From: an uncultured Candidatus Saccharibacteria bacterium
GTDB lineage: Bacteria; Patescibacteriota; Minisyncoccia; Phycocordibacterales; JABMNX01
Reading direction: 5' to 3'
DNA: 45,891 bases
Assembly (NCBI GenBank): GCA_964625905.1
Contig: CAZVBS010000001.1
Location: forward strand, 1-45,891
Positions 1 to 8,377 of the stretch are shown one piece after another; within the stretch, counting starts at the first letter, position 1; each line of letters starts with the position of its first letter. The position numbers were made by a program, and so were the translations under genes. Under the pieces are notes generated by a model, which worked only from the letters and a program-made list of their open reading frames with translations, searched no databases and was not told the origin of the DNA.

Positions 1-1
1 C

Positions 2-2347
2 GTTCTGTATGGTGATGGTACACAAACAGATATTTCTACTATCACGATTAGTGTTGAGGCGGATGTGTATTCGGTTTCATATGGAGAACTCCAAGCAGTT
101 ATTGATTTAGGTTCTGCAACCATAGCTGGAAAAACAGTAAAAGGTAGACCATCCGCAGATATTGGCGGTACGACAATAGGCTCCACAGTCAGCTTCCCAA
201 CAACCCTTGATTTCTCTTCAAGTGCTTTAACTATTACCTCAGAAGATTCTAATAATCAGAGTTTTGTGCGTCGATTATCAATTAAGCATATTGGCAGTGT
301 AGAGTTTTCAGACATAACAATACGCGACTATTTCATTAGTGGAACAGATTCAAATGATAACACTCGAATCATTAACTTTGGTAATAATGCTTCTGGTCGC
401 TCCGAACTCACACTAACGCGTGTTGAAGCGTATGCTGATGACGATGTGTCCACTCAAGATTTCTTAGGTGGAAATGTCGCAGTACTTAAAATTATGTCTG
501 CTGACGGTGGTATTACATACCCACAGAGTTTGACTGTTGTTGATAGTAATTTTCATGATTTTTCTCGCGCCATAACTGGTACATACTATGACCTTACAAT
601 CACAGGGTCTACATTTACCGATGCAACAGCTGATTTTATATCTGTTGCTCCTATTGATGCTATAGGTACATGGTTAATAGAAGACAACACAATACAACGA
701 GCATGGGGCTTGTCTACTGACCCACAAAACCCACATACAGATGCTTTTCAATTTAACATGGTAGGAGTTACGTCTAGTCACCCACTTATTACAATTCGTG
801 GTAATAGGATTATGTCAAAAGGTGGTAGGGAGTATTCTGTCCAAGGTATCTTTATTGAAAATCAAACTACAGGAGATGCCACTTTTGCTGTTGAGAATAA
901 CATCGTAATGACAAGGGCAGGGAATGCTATATACATTGAACGACCGAGTGCCGCTACTACAGTGTTTTACAATACTGTAGTATCTGATACAAGTAAGTCA
1001 GCTGATGGGAATGTTCCAAAGATTATTTTGATTGACGCACAAGGAAGTGCTGTGGCGGCTAATAACGTTGCTCCTCTTGTTACCCTTACTAATTCTCCTT
1101 TAGCAAGTGCATACGGTAATTATGAGTATGGCTCGCTCTCGACAGACAATGAGGACGCGGATTACGCAGCTTTATTTGACGGTACCTTATTTGGTTCTGC
1201 GATTATTGCAGATTTTGACGAACTTGTCTCAACGACTACTCCAACAACAGGTGGTAGCCTTGATCCTGACATTGGCGCAGATATAGGTACATGGTATTAC
1301 AATTGGGATACATCGACTTATGATCCACCTCCTTACCTATCTAGTATTGTTGATACGGGGACTGGTGCTACTACCGCAACCAGTACTGTTGTGACTGATG
1401 CAGGGAACGGAACTCTATACTGGTTTGTGTCTTCAAACTCAGTCCCGCCAACTACTTCTTCTGCTTTCAAGGCAGGTACGGGTGCTGAAAAATTTGGATC
1501 GCAAACAGTGTCTGCAACTGGTACTCAAAATATCAGCATCACAGGACTTACAACTGACACCAGATATTACGTACATATACTTCATGACGATAGCGCTGAC
1601 AATCAATCAGATGTGGTGAGCGGTGATGGCTTTGACGTTGGAACTCCACCATTTGCTGCGATAGCGGTAGATAACCAAGGAATTGTATATGGTACAAATA
1701 CTGGGTATAGTGGTGGCTCTGCATCGCAGACTGGAACCTTGAGTTTCTGGATGTATTCAGATGCGGCTAGTTGGCCAGATTCAAGTCAGACTTTGTTTGA
1801 TTTCCGTGAATCTACTAGTAACACTCGACTTTCTGTCGGGTCTGCTTCTTCAGGTAGAATTTCTATATCTGCTAAGGATTCTTCAGGTACAGCAATACTA
1901 ACCCGCGTCCTTAACACGAGCACATTATCAGTTAATACTTGGTATAATATTTTACTTAGTTATGAACTTTCTGTTCCATCTGCCTCTATATATATTGATA
2001 ACACCGAAATAAGTTCATTTGGTGTCTCAGTAACAGCCACTGGTACGATACCAGCACTTACTCAGGTGGGAGTATTTGCAACACGTACTGGAGCAGGCTT
2101 TTTCGATGGATTTTTGTCTGACGTGTGGTTTGACCACACTAACTTCCTTGATATATCTAGCTCGACAGTTAGAGCAAACTTTATAGATCAAAGCACACTA
2201 AAGCCAGTAGACATAAGTTCGTATGGCTCACCACACCTTCGATTAATTAATCCCGTAACTTCATGGTTCACTAACACTGGTAGTGGAGGAGACTTAACAG
2301 AAACCGGTGGTTCATTAATTACAGCTAGTTCGACTCCAAGTGATTAG
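2..2347 (+). CDS. Large secreted/surface protein, 5'-truncated by window edge: parallel beta-helix-like repeats, FN3-like segment, C-terminal LamG/concanavalin-like domain
   Basis: The frame of ORF 65..2347 stays open back to nt 2 (VLYGDGTQTDISTITISVEAD...), so the N-terminus lies outside the window. Beta-helix-like repeats (NFHDFS, IEDNTIQRAWG, IRGNRIM, VENNIVMTRAGNAIYI), a T/S-rich linker, and a LamG-like tail (LSFWMYSD..WYNILLSY..IYIDN..LSDVWFD). A strong terminator follows. Confidence 0.6.
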   Translation, partial: VLYGDGTQTDISTITISVEADVYSVSYGELQAVIDLGSATIAGKTVKGRPSADIGGTTIGSTVSFPTTLDFSSSALTITSEDSNNQSFVRRLSIKHIGSVEFSDITIRDYFISGTDSNDNTRIINFGNNASGRSELTLTRVEAYADDDVSTQDFLGGNVAVLKIMSADGGITYPQSLTVVDSNFHDFSRAITGTYYDLTITGSTFTDATADFISVAPIDAIGTWLIEDNTIQRAWGLSTDPQNPHTDAFQFNMVGVTSSHPLITIRGNRIMSKGGREYSVQGIFIENQTTGDATFAVENNIVMTRAGNAIYIERPSAATTVFYNTVVSDTSKSADGNVPKIILIDAQGSAVAANNVAPLVTLTNSPLASAYGNYEYGSLSTDNEDADYAALFDGTLFGSAIIADFDELVSTTTPTTGGSLDPDIGADIGTWYYNWDTSTYDPPPYLSSIVDTGTGATTATSTVVTDAGNGTLYWFVSSNSVPPTTSSAFKAGTGAEKFGSQTVSATGTQNISITGLTTDTRYYVHILHDDSADNQSDVVSGDGFDVGTPPFAAIAVDNQGIVYGTNTGYSGGSASQTGTLSFWMYSDAASWPDSSQTLFDFRESTSNTRLSVGSASSGRISISAKDSSGTAILTRVLNTSTLSVNTWYNILLSYELSVPSASIYIDNTEISSFGVSVTATGTIPALTQVGVFATRTGAGFFDGFLSDVWFDHTNFLDISSSTVRANFIDQSTLKPVDISSYGSPHLRLINPVTSWFTNTGSGGDLTETGGSLITASSTPSD

Positions 2348-2402
2348 TTGGTAGTTAGATAATTTATTCAAAATAGTATAAACACCTGTTCGTTAAACGT
2401 TC

Positions 2403-2440
2403 AACAACAAACCCCGCAATTGCGGGGTTTGTTGTTTTTT
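2403..2440 (+). terminator. Rho-independent terminator
   Basis: Perfect 34-nt palindrome AACAACAAACCCCGCAA/TTGCGGGGTTTGTTGTT followed by a T-run. Confidence 0.8.
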
Positions 2441-2477
2441 GATACGATTATCCTCGTTACGTGAGTAATCAACTTTT

Positions 2478-2548
2478 GCGGGTATAGTTTAGTGGTAGAA
2501 TGACTGCCTTCCAAGCAGTAGACGAGGTTTCGATTACCTCTACCCGCA
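2478..2548 (+). tRNA. tRNA-Gly (anticodon UCC)
   Basis: 71-nt cloverleaf: acceptor GCGGGTA/TACCCGC, anticodon stem ACTGC/GCAGT with loop CTTCCAA, T arm GAGGT-TTCGATT-ACCTC. CCA is not encoded. Confidence 0.9.
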
Positions 2549-2550
2549 CA

Positions 2551-2700
2551 AAAATGTAAGAAACCAGACCTGCGTCTGGTTTCTTACATTTTTGTGAGAC
2601 GGAGCGATGTTTTGTTTTCCGTTTTTACTAGAAAACAAAACCGCGAGTCTGGGGAGGAAGTTCTTAACAAGCATAGTGAGTTTAGAAACTTGACCCCAGA
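2551..2700 (+). repeat. U1 structured repeat unit (candidate ncRNA or mobile-element relic)
   Basis: 16-bp perfect hairpin (2554-2589) flanked by A5/T5. Then GTGAGACGGAGCGATG, a 10-bp hairpin TTTTGTTTTC/GAAAACAAAA, CCGCGAG, and helix TCTGGGG..CCCCAGA enclosing AAGTTCT/AGAACTT. Confidence 0.5.
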
Positions 2701-2846
2701 GATGTAAGAAAAACACCCCTGTGGGTGTTTTTCTAGTTTTGTGAGGCGGAGCCGTGTTTTGCGATTTTTCTTGAGTAAAACAGGTGAAGTGCCCCCGGCA
2801 GGAGGTCGTTATGAACGCAGTGAATTACGAACCTGCGCCCAGCAGA
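2701..2846 (+). repeat. U2, diverged tandem copy of U1
   Basis: Starts with the same ATGTAAGAAA, then hairpin AGAAAAACACCC-CTGT-GGGTGTTTTTCT, TTTTGTGAGGCGGAGCCGTG (compare U1 TTTTGTGAGACGGAGCGATG), then helix GCAGG..CCTGC. Confidence 0.45.
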
Positions 2847-2906
2847 GTATCAACAATCACTTAGTATATATACTCGTACGGTCTAGAGTACCCAGCAACT
2901 TGTGAC

Positions 2907-2921
2907 TCGATTACCTCTACC
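2907..2921 (+). repeat. Direct repeat of the tRNA-Gly 3' part (att-like scar)
   Basis: TCGATTACCTCTACC is identical to 2530-2544 (T-loop to acceptor 3' strand). The upstream half of the T stem is not duplicated, so this is not a second tRNA. Confidence 0.7.
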
Positions 2922-2970
2922 AAAATTAGAAATCGTTAGTATTTGGTTTTTTTAACAAACAAACAACACT

Positions 2971-3000
2971 ATAAAAGCCTCACGTTAGTGAGGCTTTTAT
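2971..3000. terminator. Bidirectional hairpin terminator downstream of hup
   Basis: ATAAAAGCCTCAC-GTTA-GTGAGGCTTTTAT, a 13-bp stem with A/T flanks. Confidence 0.7.
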
Positions 3001-3028
3001 AGATAGTGGTAAGTTTAAAAATTAAAAC

Positions 3029-3307
3029 TTAACCTTGCTTGACTGCGTCCTTAAGCGCTTTTGCTGCGCGGAACTTTGGTACACGCATTGCTGGAATCTG
3101 GATAGATTCACCAGTACGGGGGTTTCGTCCTGTTCGTGCGCTTCGCATCTTAGCTTCAAAGATACCAAGACCAGCGATTGAAACTTCTTGACCTCCTTTA
3201 AGGCCATCGAAAATACTTCCGATCATTGTATCAACTGCGCGCTCTGCATCAGCCTTAGTTCCACCAAGTGTCTCATGTACTTTATCAACGATTGCTGCTT
3301 TATTCAT
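3029..3307 (-). CDS. hup: HU family DNA-binding protein
   Basis: 92 aa, MNKAAIVDKV...GFGIFE-like GLGIFEAK..RNPRTGESIQIPA, typical HU/IHF arm. Confidence 0.93.
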   Translation of the reverse strand: MNKAAIVDKVHETLGGTKADAERAVDTMIGSIFDGLKGGQEVSIAGLGIFEAKMRSARTGRNPRTGESIQIPAMRVPKFRAAKALKDAVKQG

Positions 3308-3586
3308 AAGTTTGGTTTTCTAAAAGTCGGTTAATCTCGACCTTGTGCTTGTATAACCAGCACAAACGTTTATAACTTTGTACTGTTAAATTACTCAATC
3401 ATTATACATAGCGCCATTTTAAGTGCAACATGTCCCTATCGGATAAGTTTTCCAGCTTTTAGAATTCGATTTTCACTTTGTATAGAATGTTTAAAACTAA
3501 ATCTTACTCTTATTTATATTCTTATATAAAAAATCACCACTTTAGATATTTAAAGTGGTGATTTGTTAATTTTATGGTTTGACATC

Positions 3587-3847
3587 TTAGTCCAAAACAT
3601 CAGATAAATCGGGATATTCTGGATCCATTGGTCCTACTCCATTTCTTATAGCTTCTTCTCTCAACTTTACGAGTTTATGCCCAGCTTCAGAAATTTTAAA
3701 GCTTGAGTCAAGCTTTGAAAGTCTAGACTCGTGATATTCTATAGCTTTACTCTTACATTGGTGATAAAAAGCGATGTAACCCACCCCGAATAAGAAAGTT
3801 AAATGTTTTGGGTAAGGCATGAGATTAAAGAGTATCGTAAAAAACAT
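3587..3847 (-). CDS. Small hypothetical membrane protein (about 86 aa)
   Basis: The ORF-track start at 3976 overlaps the rny 3' end. The internal ATG at 3847 is preceded by AGGAGA with a 6-nt spacer. Hydrophobic N-terminus MFFTILFNL..FLFGVGYIAFY. Terminator hairpin downstream (about 3532-3568). Confidence 0.4.
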   Translation of the reverse strand: MFFTILFNLMPYPKHLTFLFGVGYIAFYHQCKSKAIEYHESRLSKLDSSFKISEAGHKLVKLREEAIRNGVGPMDPEYPDLSDVLD

Positions 3848-3965
3848 AGTAAATCTCCTCATATCAAGTATTCTAAATATAAATATGCAAGCGTACAACA
3901 AAAATGACTCTTCTATAGAGTCATTTTTGTTGTTTTTACGATTTTCATTTCCGTTAGAGTGATCT

Positions 3966-5495
3966 TTATCTAGCAAACTCTATGGACCTACTTTCTCTAA
4001 TAACATTTACTTTAATTTCTCCAGGATATTTAAGTTCACCTTCGATTTGTAGGGCTATATCACGAGCCATTTTCTTAGCTTCAATATCTGTAACTTTTTC
4101 TGGTGTTACAAACACTCGTATTTCACGCCCAGCTTGAATTGCATAACTCTTTTCAACTCCAGTGAAGTTTTTAGCAATAGCTTCAAGGTCTTCAAGTCGT
4201 TTTATATAGTTTTCAACACTATCTCGCCTTGCCCCAGGACGTCCTCCTGAAATAGCATCTGCTACTTGAACAAGTATAGATTCAGTAGTTTCATATGGGT
4301 ATTCTTCGTGGTGAGCTTGAAGTGCTTTAATTATTTTTTCATCAACTCCAAACTTTTGTAATATACGTCGCCCAATTTCAACGTGTGTTCCTTGCACTTC
4401 GTGATCAACAGCTTTACCAATGTCGTGTAGAAGTGCACCAGCGCGAGCTACATAAGGGTCTGCGCCGAGTTCTTCAGCAAGCATTCCCGAAATATGTGCC
4501 ATCTCTATAGAGTGGTATAGCACATTCTGACCATAACTTGTTCTGAAGTGTAGTCGTCCTAATATTGCAATAACTCTAGGATCTAAGTTATTTACACCAG
4601 ACTCATACGCTGCCTGTTCACCTTTTTCTTTTATTGTTTTATTTATTTCGTCCTTTGCTTTTTGCACAACACTTTCTATTTTTGCTGGCTGTATTCTGCC
4701 GTCAATAATAAGGTTTTCTAGAGCAACTCTAGCAACATGACGTCGAATAGGGTCGTATGATGACAAGATAATAGTGTTTGGAGTATCGTCTATTATTACA
4801 TCAACACCAGTAGCACGTTCGAACGCTTTAATATTTCTTCCCTCCTTACCGATTATTTTACCCTTAACTTCGTCAGACGGAATTTGTACAGATGTTGACA
4901 TAATGTCGTCTATTACTGAGTTTCCAAGTCGATGTATTGAAGTCGTAAGAATATCTTTAGCTTTTCTTTCAAGACGTTCTTTCCCATTAATTTCAAGTTT
5001 CTGCATGCGCACAAGCATGTCTTCTTCAAATTGTTTCTCAACAACCTCTAGAAGTTCTGCTTTAGCATCTTCTTTACTTAATTGAGCTATTTTACTGAGC
5101 TCTGATTGACGTTTTTCTATAAGTACCTCTGCTTTTTCTTTAAATATATGAACCTCTTCTATTTTTTTCTTTATACTCTCAACATCAGAATCAATAGTGA
5201 CTCGTCGTTTATCAAGAACATCCTCCTTTGTTACAAGGCGGTCCTCAGTCTTTTTTAATTGAGTTTCTTTTTCTTTTAATTCTACCTTTAGAATATTTGT
5301 TGTCTCTTCAGCTTTTGAATCAGCTTCTTGAGTAATGCGCTTTGCATCCTCTCGAGCCTCAAGCATCATTTGCTTTATCTCAAGCTCCATAGAGCCACGT
5401 CTTCCAATAGAATATAACCAACGAAGTAGGTATCCAATAACGATACCAATGAGTCCTACAACTAATAGTAGAACAAGTATTACTTTTAATGACAT
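3966..5495 (-). CDS. rny: Ribonuclease Y
   Basis: N-terminal TM helix, coiled-coil, KH motif GKEGRNIKAFE, HD motif LLHDIGKA. Confidence 0.95.
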   Translation of the reverse strand: MSLKVILVLLLVVGLIGIVIGYLLRWLYSIGRRGSMELEIKQMMLEAREDAKRITQEADSKAEETTNILKVELKEKETQLKKTEDRLVTKEDVLDKRRVTIDSDVESIKKKIEEVHIFKEKAEVLIEKRQSELSKIAQLSKEDAKAELLEVVEKQFEEDMLVRMQKLEINGKERLERKAKDILTTSIHRLGNSVIDDIMSTSVQIPSDEVKGKIIGKEGRNIKAFERATGVDVIIDDTPNTIILSSYDPIRRHVARVALENLIIDGRIQPAKIESVVQKAKDEINKTIKEKGEQAAYESGVNNLDPRVIAILGRLHFRTSYGQNVLYHSIEMAHISGMLAEELGADPYVARAGALLHDIGKAVDHEVQGTHVEIGRRILQKFGVDEKIIKALQAHHEEYPYETTESILVQVADAISGGRPGARRDSVENYIKRLEDLEAIAKNFTGVEKSYAIQAGREIRVFVTPEKVTDIEAKKMARDIALQIEGELKYPGEIKVNVIRESRSIEFAR

Positions 5496-5798
5496 ATAAG
5501 CGAGAAATCCCGCTTTTCAATTATTTTATAGATATTGTGGCGATTATTTTCAAAGTTTTGTAGTAGAAAATATCGTAAAACGTTGTTTTGTGATGTGTTT
5601 CGTTCAATAAGGATAGTCAGCTAAGCGAAAATATAATAGAAAAGCTTGATTTCAGAAATTAATTTAAAATAATGTACAATCTGAATATATCACAGGTTTA
5701 AAGTATTGTCGAACAGGGTAGTTTTTATAATAAAATATGAAAAACACTAAAGCACTGCGACCTGTATTCAATCGCTTCACTCTTGAACAGGTCGGTTG

Positions 5799-5898
5799 CA
5801 TATTAACTCCTCGGCTAGGAAATATTAAAAGTAAAACTTTTGTTATTTCCCTCGCTCTACGTCGTTAATAAACGGCTGGAGTACTCCAGCCGTTTATT
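5799..5898 (+). repeat. E5 structured intergenic element (homolog of E6)
   Basis: CATATTAACTCCTCGGCT, then 15-bp hairpin GGAAATATTAAAAGT/ACTTTTGTTATTTCC, CTCGCTCTACGTCGTTAAT, then hairpin AAACGGCTGGAGTACTCCAGCCGTTT. About 80% identical to 34014-34111. Confidence 0.6.
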
Positions 5899-6003
5899 TT
5901 TTGCTTTGAAACTATTATTTTTCAACTTATTTAAGTACCTTGTCAATGAGCGTCAGCTCACTAAGCTCATCATTCGCATTCAGCTCTGATTTACTAAGTG
6001 GTT

Positions 6004-6094
6004 CCTGCCAGGGCTCGCGGTTTCAGTGTCCTAGGAAAAGGACACTGAAACATCGCTCCGCCTCATCATCGACGACAAATAAGACATTGGTCTT
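6004..6094 (-). repeat. U3, third copy of the U motif (minus strand)
   Basis: Read on the minus strand: hairpin AAGAC-CAAT-GTCTT, GAGGCGGAGCGATG (6064-6051), 11-bp hairpin TTTCAGTGTCC/GGACACTGAAA, CCGCGAG, CCCTGGCAGGAA. Confidence 0.5.
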
Positions 6095-6123
6095 GTTTTA
6101 AGTTTTAAAGCAATTCTGCGGAA

Positions 6124-6720
6124 TTATTTTAAAACCTCATCGATAATGCCATATTTCTTAGCGTCATCAGAATCCATAAAATAATCTCGGTCAACATCTT
6201 TTTCTATTTGAGTTAATTTTTGACTGGTGTTTTTAGATAGAATCTTGTTGAGTCTCTCGCGCATGCCTAGGATATGCTTTGCGGTAATTTCAATATCAGA
6301 CGCTTGTCCTTGTGCTCCACCCCATGGTTGATGAATCATAACTTCAGCATTTGGAAGCGCAAATCGTTTTCCTTTTTTACCTCCAGACAAGAGTACCGCT
6401 CCCATTGAAGCGGCAAGACCAACACATACAGTAGAAACGTCTGGTTTAATGTGGTTCATTGTGTCTAAGATAGCAAGTCCGTCTGAGACGCTTCCCCCTG
6501 GCGAGTTAATATAGAAAGAGATATCTTTTTTAGGGTCTTCTGATTCTAGGAATAGAAGTTGGGCAATAATAAGATTCGCTGTATGGTCGTCAATAGGACC
6601 AGCTAAGAAAATAATCCTTTCTTTTAATAATCGTGAAAAGATATCATACGCTCGTTCACCACCTTGTGATTTTTCAACCACCATCGGGACGAGCTGATTA
6701 ATTATATTTGAATGTTTCAT
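6124..6720 (-). CDS. clpP: ATP-dependent Clp protease proteolytic subunit
   Basis: [14 protein letters not shown], catalytic-Ser context [18 protein letters not shown]. Start moved to the [12 protein letters not shown] Met at 6720. Confidence 0.93.
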   Translation of the reverse strand: MKHSNIINQLVPMVVEKSQGGERAYDIFSRLLKERIIFLAGPIDDHTANLIIAQLLFLESEDPKKDISFYINSPGGSVSDGLAILDTMNHIKPDVSTVCVGLAASMGAVLLSGGKKGKRFALPNAEVMIHQPWGGAQGQASDIEITAKHILGMRERLNKILSKNTSQKLTQIEKDVDRDYFMDSDDAKKYGIIDEVLK

Positions 6721-6832
6721 ATGTCGCAATAATATCAGATTTTGATAAAGAGGCAATAATTATAGTTTTATGAATTTTTTATGTATGATGTATTTAGTAC
6801 TTGAACTTTAACTTAGATTTTAGGAGGTCATC

Positions 6833-7015
6833 ATGTCTGCGCACTCAATCCCGTCCCACAGAAGAAGGTTTTGGATTTCTATAATTTGGTGGTGCGATAT
6901 GTATCAAATGGAAGAAGAAGGTTTTGTGATAAAGGATGGTAAAAAAGTTCTTGCTACCTATAGACTTTGCGGTTTTTGTTTTATTCGTTGGTGGGAACTG
7001 GTTAAGGATAAGTAA
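6833..7015 (+). CDS. Hypothetical 60-aa Trp/Cys-rich protein
   Basis: Strong AGGAGG (6822-6827) 5 nt before the ATG. Followed by a hairpin terminator. No recognisable family. Confidence 0.4.
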   Translation: MSAHSIPSHRRRFWISIIWWCDMYQMEEEGFVIKDGKKVLATYRLCGFCFIRWWELVKDK

Positions 7016-7032
7016 TTAATATCTTTAAATAA

Positions 7033-7060
7033 AAGCGGTGCTACTGATAAAGCACCGCTT
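7033..7060. terminator. Bidirectional terminator shared by the small ORF and tig
   Basis: AAGCGGTGCT-ACTGATAA-AGCACCGCTT with flanking A/T runs. Confidence 0.7.
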
Positions 7061-8282
7061 ATTTTTTCTCAACAGTATCATCTTTTTTGTCTCCTTCAAG
7101 AAATCTAAACACATCTTCGTTTACTAGTTGTGTTTCTACGTATATACGAACGTTATCACTGTTGGCATCTTTATGATGCTCCAAGATATGTTCCATTTCA
7201 TGACGAACTTTATCTTCATCAGGGGTAATACTTTCTTTCTCAGCAATTTTATTTAGAAGTAGTTGTAGTGTTGCTCGCTTTCTCGCTTGATCTTTCCATT
7301 CATCTCGCAAATCTTCCACAGTCTTCTTTGTTTGTGTAAGATAATCTTCAAATTTCATATTCATACGAGCAACGTCGTCTTTCATTTGTGCTACCATCTT
7401 GTCTAATTCGCTAGAGACTAATATTATTGGTACTTTTATATCAGTTTTTTCAATTAATTCTTCAGAAAGCTTGATTCGTTTCCTCTCTTGTGCTTTATGT
7501 GTCTTTTCTTTTACTAAATCCTCTCGAACACGAGCTTCGAAGTCAGCAACAGTCTTAAAGTCACCAAGAGTTGCAATAAATACATCATCAAGTTCTGGTA
7601 AATCTTCTTCATTAGAGCCCTCGGTTTTTGCCTCAGGGTTTTCTGAGTCTGTGGTTTCTTGTTTAACGTCTTGGTCTTGGTCTCCGGACATGATTCCTTG
7701 CAAGGTATCAGATATGATGTCTTGTGATGATGATCCGTCTTTGGACGTGATATTTCGCAAAGAATCGTGTTCTTTTGCTTTATCAAACCTAGCCTTACCA
7801 CGACGTACTTCTGTAAGGACTTTATCAACGTCAGCGCCTGTTACTTCTATGTCTGCATCCTTGTCGTCTGAAATACCGTTTGCAATTTTCTTGTAGTCTG
7901 GAAGATCAAACTCTGGAAACACAGCACTTTTAATCTTAAAACCAATTGGATTACCTGGTGTTAGTTTTGTAAGAGTTACTTGCGGAGTTCCTATGACTTT
8001 AAGATTCTCGTCAGTAACTAAAGTGGGGTACATATCTGCAAGAGCGAGCTCAGCTACCTCTCCTAAAAGTCCATCTTCTCCTATCTTCTCCACTAGAACT
8101 TTTTCAGGTATATGTCCCTTACGAAATCCGTCTATTTTTATATTTTTACTCAGTTTTTTAATAGCTTTTGTTCTGTATGTAGGTATTACAGATACAGGTA
8201 TTTCACCCTCGATCTCTATTTCAGAGTTCTCCAGTTTGGTTATATTTATATTTTCGTAAAGTTTTGCTGTTTCAGTTGTCAT
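7059..8282 (-). CDS. tig: Trigger factor with an internal acidic low-complexity insertion
   Basis: IDGFRKGHIPEKVL motif, PPIase-like middle and C-terminal arm domain. Start set at MTTETAKLYE (8282). Confidence 0.9.
   Translation of the reverse strand: MTTETAKLYENINITKLENSEIEIEGEIPVSVIPTYRTKAIKKLSKNIKIDGFRKGHIPEKVLVEKIGEDGLLGEVAELALADMYPTLVTDENLKVIGTPQVTLTKLTPGNPIGFKIKSAVFPEFDLPDYKKIANGISDDKDADIEVTGADVDKVLTEVRRGKARFDKAKEHDSLRNITSKDGSSSQDIISDTLQGIMSGDQDQDVKQETTDSENPEAKTEGSNEEDLPELDDVFIATLGDFKTVADFEARVREDLVKEKTHKAQERKRIKLSEELIEKTDIKVPIILVSSELDKMVAQMKDDVARMNMKFEDYLTQTKKTVEDLRDEWKDQARKRATLQLLLNKIAEKESITPDEDKVRHEMEHILEHHKDANSDNVRIYVETQLVNEDVFRFLEGDKKDDTVEKK
7632..7733 (-). repeat. In-frame acidic module SSSQDIISDTLQGIMSGDQDQDVKQETTDSENPE within tig
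   Basis: Shares QETTDSENPE, SQDI(I/V)S and QGIMS-DQ with NusA at both the peptide and nucleotide level. Confidence 0.7.
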
Positions 8283-8327
8283 TTTAGATTTTGTTAACCA
8301 ATAATAATAAGTTTTAGAAAATCTTAG

Positions 8328-8377
8328 ACCAAACGTCACTTTTTACTGGTGTACACCAGTAAAAAGTGACGTTTGGT
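8328..8377. repeat. Perfect 50-bp palindrome upstream of tig
   Basis: ACCAAACGTCACTTTTTACTGGTGT/ACACCAGTAAAAAGTGACGTTTGGT, 46 nt upstream of the tig ATG. Confidence 0.8.

Noticed and set aside
1398-1619. The many track ORFs nested inside or antisense to clear genes, for example 1398-1619, 4774-5085, 7399-7896, 9317-9772, 11209-11775, 14785-15204, 34698-35207 and 37877-38380.
   Set aside because: They are shadow frames of well-supported genes, with Ser/Leu/Phe-rich low-complexity translations, no start signals and no motifs.
2551-2846. Tandem U1/U2 units considered as a CRISPR-like array.
   Set aside because: There are only two units of about 150 nt, diverged, with no short identical repeats alternating with unique spacers. 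No cas genes are present in the window.
2549-2921. Possible tmRNA, RNase P RNA or second tRNA downstream of tRNA-Gly, suggested by the tRNA-like 3' fragment and a GGGGAGGAAGTTC string resembling the RNase P GGAGGAAAGTCC.
   Set aside because: No 5' strand complementary to CCTCTACC is present to close an acceptor stem, and the T stem is incomplete. There is no tag-peptide ORF or pseudoknot layout. The region lacks the other conserved RNase P elements. It is better explained as an att-like duplication plus the U1/U2 repeats.
3848-3976. Long version (129 aa) of ORF 3587..3976.
   Set aside because: The 5' part overlaps the rny 3' end and is polar low-complexity. An internal ATG with AGGAGA 6 nt upstream gives a more plausible 86-aa membrane protein.
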